A DNA stretch of 64,000 nt from an uncultured Gammaproteobacteria bacterium (lineage in GTDB: Bacteria; Patescibacteriota; Microgenomatia; CAZETR01; Amesbacteraceae), in the NCBI GenBank assembly GCA_964358085.1, contig CAYHNU010000001.1, positions 11,220-75,219 of the forward strand, in the 5' to 3' direction. The notes under the pieces are model-generated. The model was not told where the DNA came from. It searched no databases and worked only from the letters and a program-made list of their open reading frames with translations. Shown here piece by piece: positions 25,693 through 35,520 of the stretch. The position numbers and the translations under genes are program-made. Numbering within the stretch: position 1 is the first letter of the stretch; each line of letters starts with the position of its first letter.

Positions 25693-26733
25693 ATGAAAGT
25701 TTTAGTGACAGGTGGAGCGGGATTTGCAGGAAGTCATGTTTGTGAGTATTACAAAAACGCCGGAGCAAAAGTTATTGCTTATGACAGCTTAACTAAATTT
25801 GAACTGCGTCGTACTGGATATTCTACAGAAAAAGCTCGATTTCATAATGTAGACTTTCTAAAAAAGATAGGTATTGATGTTGTTAAAGAAGACATTCGGG
25901 ACCGGGAGACACTGGAGTCATACGCAAAAAAAGCTGATTTTATTATTCATACAGCCGCCCAACCAGCGATGACTATTTCTTGGGAAGATCCGGAATTGGA
26001 TTTCACCACCAACGTCGTGGGGTCATTTAATGTACTAGAAATTGCACGTAAATATAAAATACCTACAGTATCTTGTGCGACCATTCACATTTATGGCAAC
26101 AAAATCAATGATGAGGTCAAAGAAGGGAAAACTCGCTATATCAGACGCCCAACAGAGATTGATGAAAATCATAGATTAGTTGAAGGATTGTTGACCCCAT
26201 TGCATGCTTCTAAACACACCCTAGACCTTTACACTCAAACTTACATCGATACATACAAACTCCCTTTGGCGTCTTTTAGACTCACAGGTCTGTATGGATC
26301 TCGTCAATTCGGTGGTGAAGATCATGGTTGGGTGGCCAATTTCGCCATTCGTTCCGTCATGGGTTATCCATTAACTATCTTTGGTACCGGCAAACAAGTG
26401 CGAGATATTTTGCATATTTCAGATCTTACCCGAGCTTTCGACGCTTTTTACAAAAAACAAAAAGCCGGAGTGTACAATATTGGCGGGGGAACTAAAACCA
26501 CTCTCTCACTAATTGAATGTATCCATTTGATTGAAAAAATATTGGGCAAGAAATCTAAAATTAAATACCAGCCTTCGCGGATGGGGGACTTGGTATATTT
26601 TGTTTGTAACACGACCAAAGCCCAGAAAAATCTAGGCTGGTCTGCCAAAGTTACTCCGGATAAAGGTGTTAGGGAACTAGTTAATTGGGTTCAAGAAAAT
26701 AAACATCTTTTCGAGATCAAAGATGCAAAGTAG
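25693..26733 (+). CDS. NAD-dependent sugar-nucleotide epimerase/dehydratase (extended SDR; CDP-paratose-epimerase/UDP-Glc-4-epimerase-like)
   Basis: 'MKVLVTGGAGFAGSH' Rossmann motif. 346 aa extended SDR length. Confidence 0.65.
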   Translation: MKVLVTGGAGFAGSHVCEYYKNAGAKVIAYDSLTKFELRRTGYSTEKARFHNVDFLKKIGIDVVKEDIRDRETLESYAKKADFIIHTAAQPAMTISWEDPELDFTTNVVGSFNVLEIARKYKIPTVSCATIHIYGNKINDEVKEGKTRYIRRPTEIDENHRLVEGLLTPLHASKHTLDLYTQTYIDTYKLPLASFRLTGLYGSRQFGGEDHGWVANFAIRSVMGYPLTIFGTGKQVRDILHISDLTRAFDAFYKKQKAGVYNIGGGTKTTLSLIECIHLIEKILGKKSKIKYQPSRMGDLVYFVCNTTKAQKNLGWSAKVTPDKGVRELVNWVQENKHLFEIKDAK

Positions 26734-27502
26734 TGTCAAGATCGGTGTCATTCCTGCCGCTGGATCTGGTAGACGACTGGGTTATCTATCGGGACTTCTT
26801 CCTAAAACCTTATTTCCTCTATACGACCGTCCTATCATTCATTACGTTGTAGATCAAATGCAGAAGGCGGGGATTGAAGACATTTACATTATTGTTAATG
26901 TTTACAAAGAAAAAGTCATAGAGTACTTCAAGCCAGTGCAAATGGATCTGAGATCCAATATTCATTTTATCGAGCAGAAGGAGTTAAATGGTACCGGGGA
27001 GTCCATTCTTTTAGCTGAAAAATATGTAAAAAAGGAACCTTTCATGGTCATATACGGTGACGATTGTACTATTACTGAGTCACTGGAGCCCATGATCAAT
27101 AATTTTTTAAAGACTAACGCTTCAGTAATGGAGGGTGTGGTCAAAGAGACGGATTTAGACATACTTCGACATACATGCTCTGTAAAAATGGCTAAAAATG
27201 GCAAAATGATCGAGATTATTGAAAAACCCGAATTCCCCCCTTACATGCTTAGGGGCTGTGGGGTTTACTTATTTAGACCCGATATTTTTTCTCAAATCAG
27301 ACAAACTCCAATTCATCCAATTCGTAAAGAAAGAGAAATTACATACACTATCAATAACCTTGCAAAACAAAATAAGGCATATGGGTTTCTAATAAATGGT
27401 TACAACATTAACATTAATGATTACGATGAATTACTTAAAGCCAGTCAGCTTCTAAAGGATAGTAAAAAGAATTCAAAAAAGGTTATTGAAGTTCTCTTCT
27501 AG
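26723..27502 (+). CDS. Sugar-1-phosphate nucleotidyltransferase
   Basis: 'IGVIPAAGSGRRLGYLSGLLPKTLFPLYDRPIIHYVV' is the G-x-G-x-R-L NTP_transferase signature. Confidence 0.6.
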   Translation: MQSSVKIGVIPAAGSGRRLGYLSGLLPKTLFPLYDRPIIHYVVDQMQKAGIEDIYIIVNVYKEKVIEYFKPVQMDLRSNIHFIEQKELNGTGESILLAEKYVKKEPFMVIYGDDCTITESLEPMINNFLKTNASVMEGVVKETDLDILRHTCSVKMAKNGKMIEIIEKPEFPPYMLRGCGVYLFRPDIFSQIRQTPIHPIRKEREITYTINNLAKQNKAYGFLINGYNININDYDELLKASQLLKDSKKNSKKVIEVLF

Positions 27503-27503
27503 A

Positions 27504-28346
27504 TTATCTTGGTCTCGAAAGATAAACCAATGGAGTATACAAGCCCCGAGACGCCAACCATTTTAGAAAACCACCCATCTTCAAGGTGCGAATAATCTTA
27601 GAAATAAATTGAATGTAAATACTACGACCGTAAATCTCGTTTGATGTCAACTGACGCGACCACTCTGGCAGACCTAAGTTTTCAAATTCAAATCCTTGTT
27701 TCCTTAAAGCTAACTCAACCGATTTATGTGTTACAAATCTTAGCTCGTCAAAAAACTTCTTATTAGTTCTTCCGGCAAGTTGGCAACACCACCATTTCCA
27801 TATGTCTGGACCGGGAGGGAAAAAGATATAAAAATGTGGTTCATAAGGAATATTATAATTCGGTGTTTCAATAAATAATCTTCCCTCTTTTTTGATTACT
27901 TTTCGCAACTTTCTTAAATAATCATTTAGGTCAGCGACATGCTCAACTGTTTCGAAAGAGGAAATAAAATCGAATTTCCCCTTTAATCTAAAGGCATCAG
28001 GAGTAGATTGAATTCTGGAGGGAGAAATATTATTTGCTCTCAGCATTTCTTTTGCAATATTTCGGGCAACGGGATCAATTTCGTATCCGTAATAATTATA
28101 TCCGGCCAAATTGGCTGCAGCCACAAGTGTGCCTATACCGCAACCGGCGTCCAAACAAATATTATTCTGTCTCACTCCAATCACTTTCAATCTTTTTATT
28201 TGTACAATTGCACTTTCCAATCTGTGTTTAGCAAAATCTGACATTGCGTACGATTTGGGAATAACTCCGCTATAAGTGGCTTCATAGTATTTGACAATTT
28301 TTTCCCACAGATACTGGGAAATTTTTACTTTATTAATTTTTAACAT
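27504..28346 (-). CDS. Class I SAM-dependent methyltransferase
   Basis: 'CLDAGCGIGTLVAAANLAGYNYYGYEIDP' (motif I). 280 aa. Confidence 0.6.
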   Translation of the reverse strand: MLKINKVKISQYLWEKIVKYYEATYSGVIPKSYAMSDFAKHRLESAIVQIKRLKVIGVRQNNICLDAGCGIGTLVAAANLAGYNYYGYEIDPVARNIAKEMLRANNISPSRIQSTPDAFRLKGKFDFISSFETVEHVADLNDYLRKLRKVIKKEGRLFIETPNYNIPYEPHFYIFFPPGPDIWKWWCCQLAGRTNKKFFDELRFVTHKSVELALRKQGFEFENLGLPEWSRQLTSNEIYGRSIYIQFISKIIRTLKMGGFLKWLASRGLYTPLVYLSRPR

Positions 28347-30099
28347 TTTTTAATTTTCTTAATAGTTCTCTTTTTTCATCAGTTACGTCTATTAAATTTC
28401 TACTTTGAAGTCTGTACACGTAGATGTTTTCTAATTTTACCGGAAAGTAGGGGCCTGGCATAAATCTCTTTAATGATTGTCCGTCCAAATACGCCGACTC
28501 CACCTCTAGCCAAATATTAGTAGCAGCGATATTGTACCAAGGAGCGAAATCAAATTGGAAGGATGCAATCACTGGAAACCCAAAAATAAAGGCATGTTGT
28601 AAAATTTCGGGATCATCTCCCTCAAAATAAAATACTAAAGGCTCTTTGGGGTTGCCAAAGTTCTTAGCCCGTTTGATTGAACCTCTTAATCGATCTGTAA
28701 GTTCAATTCCCCTAACTTCTGACAAGTGATATAGGTATCTATAGCTGGTTTTGGCGTGCAGGCTAAACAACAGTCCAAACATCATAATCAAAACTAACTT
28801 TCTTTTTAAATCTGTTTTAGTGGCCAGTGGTACAGCCATAAGCCAGGCAAGCCCGGCTCCTGAAACGATCAAATATCTACCGGTTATTTCATACAAAAAG
28901 CCAGGGTTGCGCAGCCAAGGCGCAATGAAGCCACCAATCATCATAAAAACGGACAGCACCAATATCAATCGCAAATTATTTTGCCCTTTTAGTTGGATCC
29001 ACCATAAAATTACCCAGATTAAGAAATATCCACCAATTAAATAGGTAAATAGTTCAAATGGTTCTACGGGTGAGGAAGTTTTTGCTATAAATTCTTGCCA
29101 CACATATGCAGTCCAGCCGCCACCCACGAGGAGTCCACTAACTAGTTCGATCCTTTTTGACTTAAAGAAAACCAGCCAGATTGCAAAGCCGGCAAAGACG
29201 GGAATAACCGCTCTTCTAAAAGTTCTAGGCAGTCCCCAATGCTCAAGCCTCTGGTACATAAAATCATTGGGTAAAATAATCTTGCCAAGTTGGCTTATGG
29301 GAGAAAGAAAGATTTTATAATTTTTTTCTTGGTAATGTTTGATGACTAAGCCGTAGTTTTTGATAAGAGCGGCCGTGCCGCGAGCACCGACTGCCCCCCC
29401 AATACTGGTATATTTTAGAATCGATGTAGTAAGAAGAATATATAATCCAATTCGAAAAACCGTTAGAACTGTTTTCTTCCAGTTGAAATTTGTTATCAGC
29501 CAGTATATTTCCAAACCAATCATCAGGGCTGGCAAAAACAGCATGCGGATAGGCTGGGAAATGATGGCAATTACAAATAGTAATGCCAAAATTGTCCATA
29601 TCCAAAGATTATTTTTAGAGCGGGTTATAGTAAAAACACCTAACAAGGTATTCATAACCGCAATGGCCGCGTAGGACGGCATGTTAAATGACCAGTCGGT
29701 TGTTTCCAGACCTGTCACTGTTATAGAAAAAAACGCTGCCGATCCCAGACTAGCCCATTTGTTTCTAGTCAATTTATATACTGGCCATAAAAAAGACAAC
29801 GATGCCGTAAGCCTTAATAAAAAAGAAAAAATATAATAAACCTTATGATTAAATCCAAAATAGTGGTGAATAGTAGCAGTCAACGTATCCATTGGTCCAT
29901 AGTCGCTAAAGAAAAATGACAAGTTGTTCAGTTTTTCACCCCCCCATCCATTTGTATAAAAATCGTATCTCCACAGGCCTAAATAGTCATCGCCAGTCAA
30001 AGCTAAATTAAAGCTAGGTAGTAGGGTGACAAAATATATGCCAAATAATAAGAAAATCCCCACGACCCAAAATTTATGCGTTTTCATAAACATCATCAT
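28333..30099 (-). CDS. Polytopic membrane protein, GT-C-like candidate (shares the GDD N-terminal loop with the giant membrane proteins)
   Basis: 588 aa, at least 12 hydrophobic segments. 'LALTGDDYLGLWRYDFY' near the first loop, comparable to 'GGDDMRLYYMYP' at 46224 and 'GGDDSRLFYLYP' at 48442. Confidence 0.45.
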   Translation of the reverse strand: MMMFMKTHKFWVVGIFLLFGIYFVTLLPSFNLALTGDDYLGLWRYDFYTNGWGGEKLNNLSFFFSDYGPMDTLTATIHHYFGFNHKVYYIFSFLLRLTASLSFLWPVYKLTRNKWASLGSAAFFSITVTGLETTDWSFNMPSYAAIAVMNTLLGVFTITRSKNNLWIWTILALLFVIAIISQPIRMLFLPALMIGLEIYWLITNFNWKKTVLTVFRIGLYILLTTSILKYTSIGGAVGARGTAALIKNYGLVIKHYQEKNYKIFLSPISQLGKIILPNDFMYQRLEHWGLPRTFRRAVIPVFAGFAIWLVFFKSKRIELVSGLLVGGGWTAYVWQEFIAKTSSPVEPFELFTYLIGGYFLIWVILWWIQLKGQNNLRLILVLSVFMMIGGFIAPWLRNPGFLYEITGRYLIVSGAGLAWLMAVPLATKTDLKRKLVLIMMFGLLFSLHAKTSYRYLYHLSEVRGIELTDRLRGSIKRAKNFGNPKEPLVFYFEGDDPEILQHAFIFGFPVIASFQFDFAPWYNIAATNIWLEVESAYLDGQSLKRFMPGPYFPVKLENIYVYRLQSRNLIDVTDEKRELLRKLKNVKN

Positions 30100-30116
30100 T
30101 ATAATATAATCCCCTC

Positions 30117-30950
30117 ATGGTCAAATCACTGGTATCAATCATTATTCCGACATATAACGAGGAAAAAGTTATTGATCGTTTGCTTGTGTCTATCAATAAT
30201 CAGTCTTATCCCAGAATTGAGAGTCTAGTTATAGACGATAGTTCTACGGACGGGACTCTCAAAATAGCTTCTCAAATAGCCACGGTTGTCATCAAGAGAA
30301 AACATGCCGAGAGGAGTATTCAAAGAAACTACGGAGCCTCGATATCTCACGGAGAATATTTGCTCTTTTTGGACGCTGATATGCAACTTGCCCCCGATGT
30401 TGTTTCAGAGTGTATTCAAAGAATACAAAGTGATGCAAGTATTGGGGCAATAGCTATCCCTGAACAGCCAATCGCCAGTAATTTTCTAGAAAAAGTCAAA
30501 GCCTTCGAGAGGTCTTTTTATAGTGAAAAAGGAGATCCAGATACAGATGCCGCTAGGTTTTTCCCAAGGAAACTATTTCAAAAGGCGGGTGGATATGACG
30601 AGACGATTACCGGTCCTGAAGACTGGGACTTGCCAGAAACTATCGTCAAGATGGGCTACAAAATAGGCCGAATTTCCACTCGCATAAGGCATTACGAAAG
30701 GATTCCGTCGCTTTTAAGTCTTATTAAAAAAAAGTATTACTACGGTCTTTCATCACACCGATATTTTAAAAAACACAACCTTTCAATAGTTGGTCCCAAG
30801 ACCATCTATTTTTTACGCCCCGTATTTTACAAAAACTGGCGGCAGTTAGTCCGTAATCCGATTCTTACAGTCGGTATGCTCGTGGTACTCGCATTAGAAC
30901 AATTATTTGGGGGATTAGGATATTTAGTTGGAAAAATTAAGCGGGTATGA
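30117..30950 (+). CDS. GT2 glycosyltransferase with C-terminal TM (ArnC/GtrB-like)
   Basis: 'VSIIIPTYNEEKVIDRLL', 'VIDDSSTDGT', 'FLDADM'. C-terminal 'ILTVGMLVVLALEQLFGGLGYLVG'. Confidence 0.65.
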   Translation: MVKSLVSIIIPTYNEEKVIDRLLVSINNQSYPRIESLVIDDSSTDGTLKIASQIATVVIKRKHAERSIQRNYGASISHGEYLLFLDADMQLAPDVVSECIQRIQSDASIGAIAIPEQPIASNFLEKVKAFERSFYSEKGDPDTDAARFFPRKLFQKAGGYDETITGPEDWDLPETIVKMGYKIGRISTRIRHYERIPSLLSLIKKKYYYGLSSHRYFKKHNLSIVGPKTIYFLRPVFYKNWRQLVRNPILTVGMLVVLALEQLFGGLGYLVGKIKRV

Positions 30951-32050
30951 AAATTCTTCAGCTTACATCTCATTACTATCCAAATCTGGGAGGGGTAGAG
31001 ACTCATCTTCAAGACTTGGTCAAAGAATTAACAAAAAAGAAACATCAAGTATTCGTTCTGACTTATCGGCCATTATCTACTAATTCTTCATGGTCAATTT
31101 GGGAGAACTCCTCGTTCTTAAAAGTTTTTCGTATTCCATGGTTTCCCGGGCTATTTAATAAATTGTCCACCTATTCAGCTTTAGAATTTTTGTACTTGGT
31201 ACCCGGGTTGTTTATTATTCTCCCATTTATATTAATTTTTTTTAAACCCCGGGTAATTCACTCTCATGGGCTGGTTGCCGGATTTGTAGGAGCCTTTTGG
31301 GGAAAATTATTTGGCATCCATACGGTGATTTCTACCCACTCCATTTATCATTTTCCAAAGTCTGGGCTATACCGTGCCGTGTCTAAACATATCTTCTTGA
31401 TGACGAACCAAACTTTGTGTTTGTCCAACCAATCGGTATCTGAAATAGTAAGCTTGGGTATACCAGCTAACCATGTTCATAGATTTACTTACTGGGTCGA
31501 TTTAGACAAGTTCAAGCCAATGTCCAAATCCATCGCAAAGAAAAAATTGAAATGGAAAAGCAAATTCTGCGTATTGTTTGTGGGTAGGTTGGTAAAAGAG
31601 AAAGGAATCATGATATTAGACGAAGCGGCCAGTGCTCTGAAAAAACACGACATTTTAGTTTATGTGGCTGGAAGTGGACCAGAGTTTAGAAACATAAAAA
31701 ATTGCATTCTTCTGGGGTCAGTTTCGCAAGAAAAGTTACCGATATATTACAATGCAGCCGATTTATTAATAGTTCCCTCTATTCATGAGGAAGGATTTGG
31801 TCGGGTCATTCTCGAGTCATTGGCCTGTGGTACTCCAGTCGTAGCAGCCAATCGGGGAGCCATACCCGAAGCCATGGATAATACAGTGGGAAAATTGATT
31901 GATATCACGCCAAAAAATATCGCCAAAACTATTAACGATCTTTATCAACATACCCAATTGCTTGCTAAGTTGGCGAAAAAGTCCCATTCTTTTGCTACTC
32001 GATTTTATTCTCCTGCCAATATTATTGAAATAACCTCTTCATATGAATAA
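30947..32050 (+). CDS. GT4 glycosyltransferase
   Basis: 'MKILQLTSHYYPNLGGVETH', 'VPSIHEEGFGRVILESLACGTPVVAANRGAIPE'. ATGA overlap. Confidence 0.65.
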   Translation: MKILQLTSHYYPNLGGVETHLQDLVKELTKKKHQVFVLTYRPLSTNSSWSIWENSSFLKVFRIPWFPGLFNKLSTYSALEFLYLVPGLFIILPFILIFFKPRVIHSHGLVAGFVGAFWGKLFGIHTVISTHSIYHFPKSGLYRAVSKHIFLMTNQTLCLSNQSVSEIVSLGIPANHVHRFTYWVDLDKFKPMSKSIAKKKLKWKSKFCVLFVGRLVKEKGIMILDEAASALKKHDILVYVAGSGPEFRNIKNCILLGSVSQEKLPIYYNAADLLIVPSIHEEGFGRVILESLACGTPVVAANRGAIPEAMDNTVGKLIDITPKNIAKTINDLYQHTQLLAKLAKKSHSFATRFYSPANIIEITSSYE

Positions 32051-33017
32051 ATATCCCAAGGTCAGTATAATTATTCCTCTGTATGTAATTTCAGATAGAT
32101 TTTTTGAGGACCTTATCAAATTTAACAATCTCGATTATCCTAACTTTGAAATATTGATAGTCTGCGATCAAAAAGTTGCCCTGCCTCGATTCAAGAAGAT
32201 CAAGGCCAGACTTATACTTACCGGTCAATCTAATACTGGTCCTGCCGAAAAAAGGGATATTGCCTTAAAGTATGCCAAAGGTGAATTTTGTGCTTTTATT
32301 GACGATGATGCGTATCCCCATCCCTTGTGGCTAAAAAACGCCGTCCCCAATTTTTTAGACACCTCCATAGTTGCCGTGGGAGGACCTGGAGTAACTCCTC
32401 CAGAGGATACTTATTGGGGACAGATGACCGGTTTGGTCTATGGGTCATTTTTTTGCAGTGGTTTTGCCCAGTATCGGTTTGTAAAAGGAAAAAGACAATA
32501 CGTCAGAGACTACCCCGCCTATAACCTTTTAATCAGGAAAACTGCACTTCTCAAAGTTGGCGGATACGGAAATCATTTTTATGGCGGAGAAGATACTTTT
32601 TTGTGTTTGAAACTGGTTAAGAAGGGGTTCAAGATCTTTTATGATCCTAATGTTTTGATCTTTCACCATCGCAGGCCCTTATTTGTCAGTTACTTAAAAC
32701 AAATAGCCAATGTGGGTAGACATAGGGGATATTTTGCCCGCGTTTTTCCCCAGACCTCCTTCACTTGGGAATACTTTATTCCTTCAATTCTAGCTATAAG
32801 CCTAATCGCTTTAATAGTGCTATCTCCATTTCAAACTTGGGCGCAACTTCTCTTGTTTACCTTACTTCCGTTCTTTTATTTACTTGCTATATTGTCTGTA
32901 ATTAATAAAACAAACATACTAGATGCTCTAATTGTCTCCACAGGCATAATTCTTACCCACATGGTCTATGGATTGAATTTTATTCAAGGCTACCTTACCA
33001 AACAGTTACTGCGATAG
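32043..33017 (+). CDS. GT2 glycosyltransferase with C-terminal membrane domain
   Basis: 'VSIIIPLYV', 'FIDDDAYP', 'GGPGVTPPEDTYWG'. C-terminal TM helices 'FIPSILAISLIALIVLSPF...LLPFFYLLAILSVI'. Confidence 0.55.
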   Translation: MNKYPKVSIIIPLYVISDRFFEDLIKFNNLDYPNFEILIVCDQKVALPRFKKIKARLILTGQSNTGPAEKRDIALKYAKGEFCAFIDDDAYPHPLWLKNAVPNFLDTSIVAVGGPGVTPPEDTYWGQMTGLVYGSFFCSGFAQYRFVKGKRQYVRDYPAYNLLIRKTALLKVGGYGNHFYGGEDTFLCLKLVKKGFKIFYDPNVLIFHHRRPLFVSYLKQIANVGRHRGYFARVFPQTSFTWEYFIPSILAISLIALIVLSPFQTWAQLLLFTLLPFFYLLAILSVINKTNILDALIVSTGIILTHMVYGLNFIQGYLTKQLLR

Positions 33018-34040
33018 GCCTAAGACCTTCTTGATAATCTCTCGTCCCTTACTTCTACTTATAAATCCCCATAACAAAACGTCAGTTATAACCAAAGATA
33101 CTACTGGTCTCCACATAAAAGCCCAGTCGGATTTGACAAATGATTCCCACAATCCTCTCACTAGTTCCGGAAAAAATAAATTTGCATAGACAATCCAGTA
33201 AATAATCTTATCCAGGTCCTTCGGACTGTTAATATCAAACCAAGCATATTTTTTGTCGGTTGTAGAGAAATAATTACCATCCAAGTTTCTTAATCTTTTC
33301 TTGATTAAGTTCCTAAGGCTGGTTACATGATAATGTCTTAATTTTGCTTTCGGCACGTAAGCAAAATTGTGCCAACCGGCTGCTACCACTACCTCCAAAG
33401 CATCAAGATCATAAAAACCCGCTATTTTATCCACCTCTGTTTTCAATAGTTCCTTTTTCTTGTACATAATTCTTCCGCAGGGGGGAATCTTGCCCGGTTC
33501 GAACCAACATAGCTGATAGTTATCAAACTCAGCCACTACAGTATTGGCAATATCATTGGAAAAGAAACGATAAATTGGATCCCTCTGTAATGGGTCATGA
33601 GAAATAAATCGTAAAAGCGAATTGTCTATCTTTGGCAGGCAATCCAAGGCAAACTCTTTGGTAAAACTACCAACTATTTCCTGATCCTTAAGCATTGGCT
33701 CAATCATTAATTGAAAAAAGTTATCTACACATATTTCCATATCCGCGTCCATAAAATAAACAAATTCTCCTCTCGCCATTCTTAATCCAAGCCCTTTATT
33801 AAATTCGGTCCAATACGAGACTGGATGTTGATGTTTACTACGATCGATGTCTATAATTTCTGCTCCGAATTTCCGAGCTAACCCATTGGATCCATCCGTC
33901 GATCCATCGTCCATCAACAAATACTCGATCCTTTCCCTTGGATAAGTCTGTTTAGCTAGGGATGTAAACAATCTCTGCAGATTCTGTTCCTCGTTCAAGA
34001 CTGGTATAATTATCGACAATAAAGGCTTAATAGAACTCAT
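33006..34040 (-). CDS. GT2 glycosyltransferase
   Basis: 'LSIIIPVLNEEQNLQRL', 'LMDDGSTDGS', 'FMDADM'. 344 aa with a C-terminal hydrophobic segment. Confidence 0.6.
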   Translation of the reverse strand: MSSIKPLLSIIIPVLNEEQNLQRLFTSLAKQTYPRERIEYLLMDDGSTDGSNGLARKFGAEIIDIDRSKHQHPVSYWTEFNKGLGLRMARGEFVYFMDADMEICVDNFFQLMIEPMLKDQEIVGSFTKEFALDCLPKIDNSLLRFISHDPLQRDPIYRFFSNDIANTVVAEFDNYQLCWFEPGKIPPCGRIMYKKKELLKTEVDKIAGFYDLDALEVVVAAGWHNFAYVPKAKLRHYHVTSLRNLIKKRLRNLDGNYFSTTDKKYAWFDINSPKDLDKIIYWIVYANLFFPELVRGLWESFVKSDWAFMWRPVVSLVITDVLLWGFISRSKGREIIKKVLGLSQ

Positions 34041-34078
34041 GTTGTTAATTTATACTCGTATCAATTATATCCTACAAT

Positions 34079-34759
34079 ATGGATAAGAAGGATTTTTTAG
34101 GGATTACCTCCGTACCTATTGATGAATATCTAAAGCATGACTACTATCAAAAAATAATCGAATATATACGGGGAAAAAAGCTTCTGGATGTGGGCTGTAT
34201 CGATGACGGTCAAGACGATGTAAACAAGGTTAGACTTTGGAATCATTGGCTATTGTTTAAGGTAAGCAAAAGTATAACTGGCATTGACGTGCGGGTTGGT
34301 CCCATCAAGCAATTGAAGCAAATAGGGTTTAATGTTGTCAGGATGGATGCTCAAAATATGAGGTTCAAAGACAAATTTGAAGTGATTTTTGCGGGCGAAT
34401 TGATCGAGCACCTACCCAACCCAGGGCTATTCCTGCGCAGTGCAGCCAACTTGCTAGACAAGAATGGGTTGATAATATTATCTACACCCAACCCCTTTTC
34501 CCTAAACAGAATAGTGAGAGTATTCCAATCTCTGACCAATGAGCCCGCCGTAAATCCTGATCATACTATGTACTTATCACCCCAAAACATTCGGACTTTG
34601 GCAAAAAAATGCGATTTGGCCGTAATAAGAATTGATTACGCCCACTTTCCATTTACGCGCAACAATCTATTAATTATTTTAAACAAAATCGGCTGCAAAC
34701 TTATTGGCGACAGGTTCAAAGAACAAATGTTAGTTTTTATCCAAAAAAGTTATAGATGA
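34079..34759 (+). CDS. Putative SAM-dependent methyltransferase (atypical motif I)
   Basis: 'KKLLDVGCIDDGQDD' and 'FEVIFAGELIEHLPNP' (methyltransferase motifs I and post-II). 226 aa. Confidence 0.45.
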   Translation: MDKKDFLGITSVPIDEYLKHDYYQKIIEYIRGKKLLDVGCIDDGQDDVNKVRLWNHWLLFKVSKSITGIDVRVGPIKQLKQIGFNVVRMDAQNMRFKDKFEVIFAGELIEHLPNPGLFLRSAANLLDKNGLIILSTPNPFSLNRIVRVFQSLTNEPAVNPDHTMYLSPQNIRTLAKKCDLAVIRIDYAHFPFTRNNLLIILNKIGCKLIGDRFKEQMLVFIQKSYR

Positions 34760-35520
34760 ACCCGTTTACAAAGACTCCGTTTTATCACTATTTTTTAGCT
34801 TTTGACTTAATTTCTAATCCAACAGCTAAAGTGTTAGACTTCGGCTGCGGCAGCGGCCAGTTCCTAGGAAAGTTACACGCGAAGGTCAAAAATGTATACG
34901 GTTACGACGTGGACCCGGAAAAAATTAACTTAGCACAACATCTCCATCCCCATGTCAAATTTAAATTAGGTAGAGTTGGTGCGCCTTTACCATATCCAGA
35001 TGCAACATTTGATGTTGTCAACATGTTTCATATCTTAGAACATGTATCCTCGGAAACAATGGCCATATTAGAAACCCATAGGCTGCTTAAAAAAAATGGC
35101 CTTCTTTTTCTAGCTTCACCTTATCAGGGACTTTTTTCTTGGGCAGATGCGGCGAACCTTCGATACCGCTTTCCCAACCTTCACAAATGGTTTTTTATTA
35201 CTTTTTTGGGAAAATATGAATATGAAAGACGATTTGTTAGTCGTCGTTCAATTGGAATGTATGGCGACTGTACAGATAATCGAAACTGGCACAAGCACTA
35301 CACCGAAGGAGAATTGCGCCAACTACTTGGAAATAAATTTACCATTACTGAAGTTCATAAGTTTTCGCTCTTTTATCCATTCCTGCTTATTCCCTACAAC
35401 TTAATCAACTATTTTTTTAAACCCAAATTCAACTCCATTCTTTGGCTGATTCACTTGGACAACTTAATTAATGCCGGAGGATGGTCTTACAATTTCCTAA
35501 TTGTAGCCAGAAAAAAATGA
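34756..35520 (+). CDS. Class I SAM-dependent methyltransferase
   Basis: 'VLDFGCGSGQFLGKL', 'FDVVNMFHILEHV'. ATGA overlap. Confidence 0.6.
   Translation: MNPFTKTPFYHYFLAFDLISNPTAKVLDFGCGSGQFLGKLHAKVKNVYGYDVDPEKINLAQHLHPHVKFKLGRVGAPLPYPDATFDVVNMFHILEHVSSETMAILETHRLLKKNGLLFLASPYQGLFSWADAANLRYRFPNLHKWFFITFLGKYEYERRFVSRRSIGMYGDCTDNRNWHKHYTEGELRQLLGNKFTITEVHKFSLFYPFLLIPYNLINYFFKPKFNSILWLIHLDNLINAGGWSYNFLIVARKK

Noticed and set aside
33006-33017. Convergent 12-bp overlap between the GT2 genes 32043..33017 (+) and 33006..34040 (-) as a possible inversion breakpoint
   Set aside because: Short convergent overlaps are common in compact genomes. No repeat or other breakpoint signature was seen.
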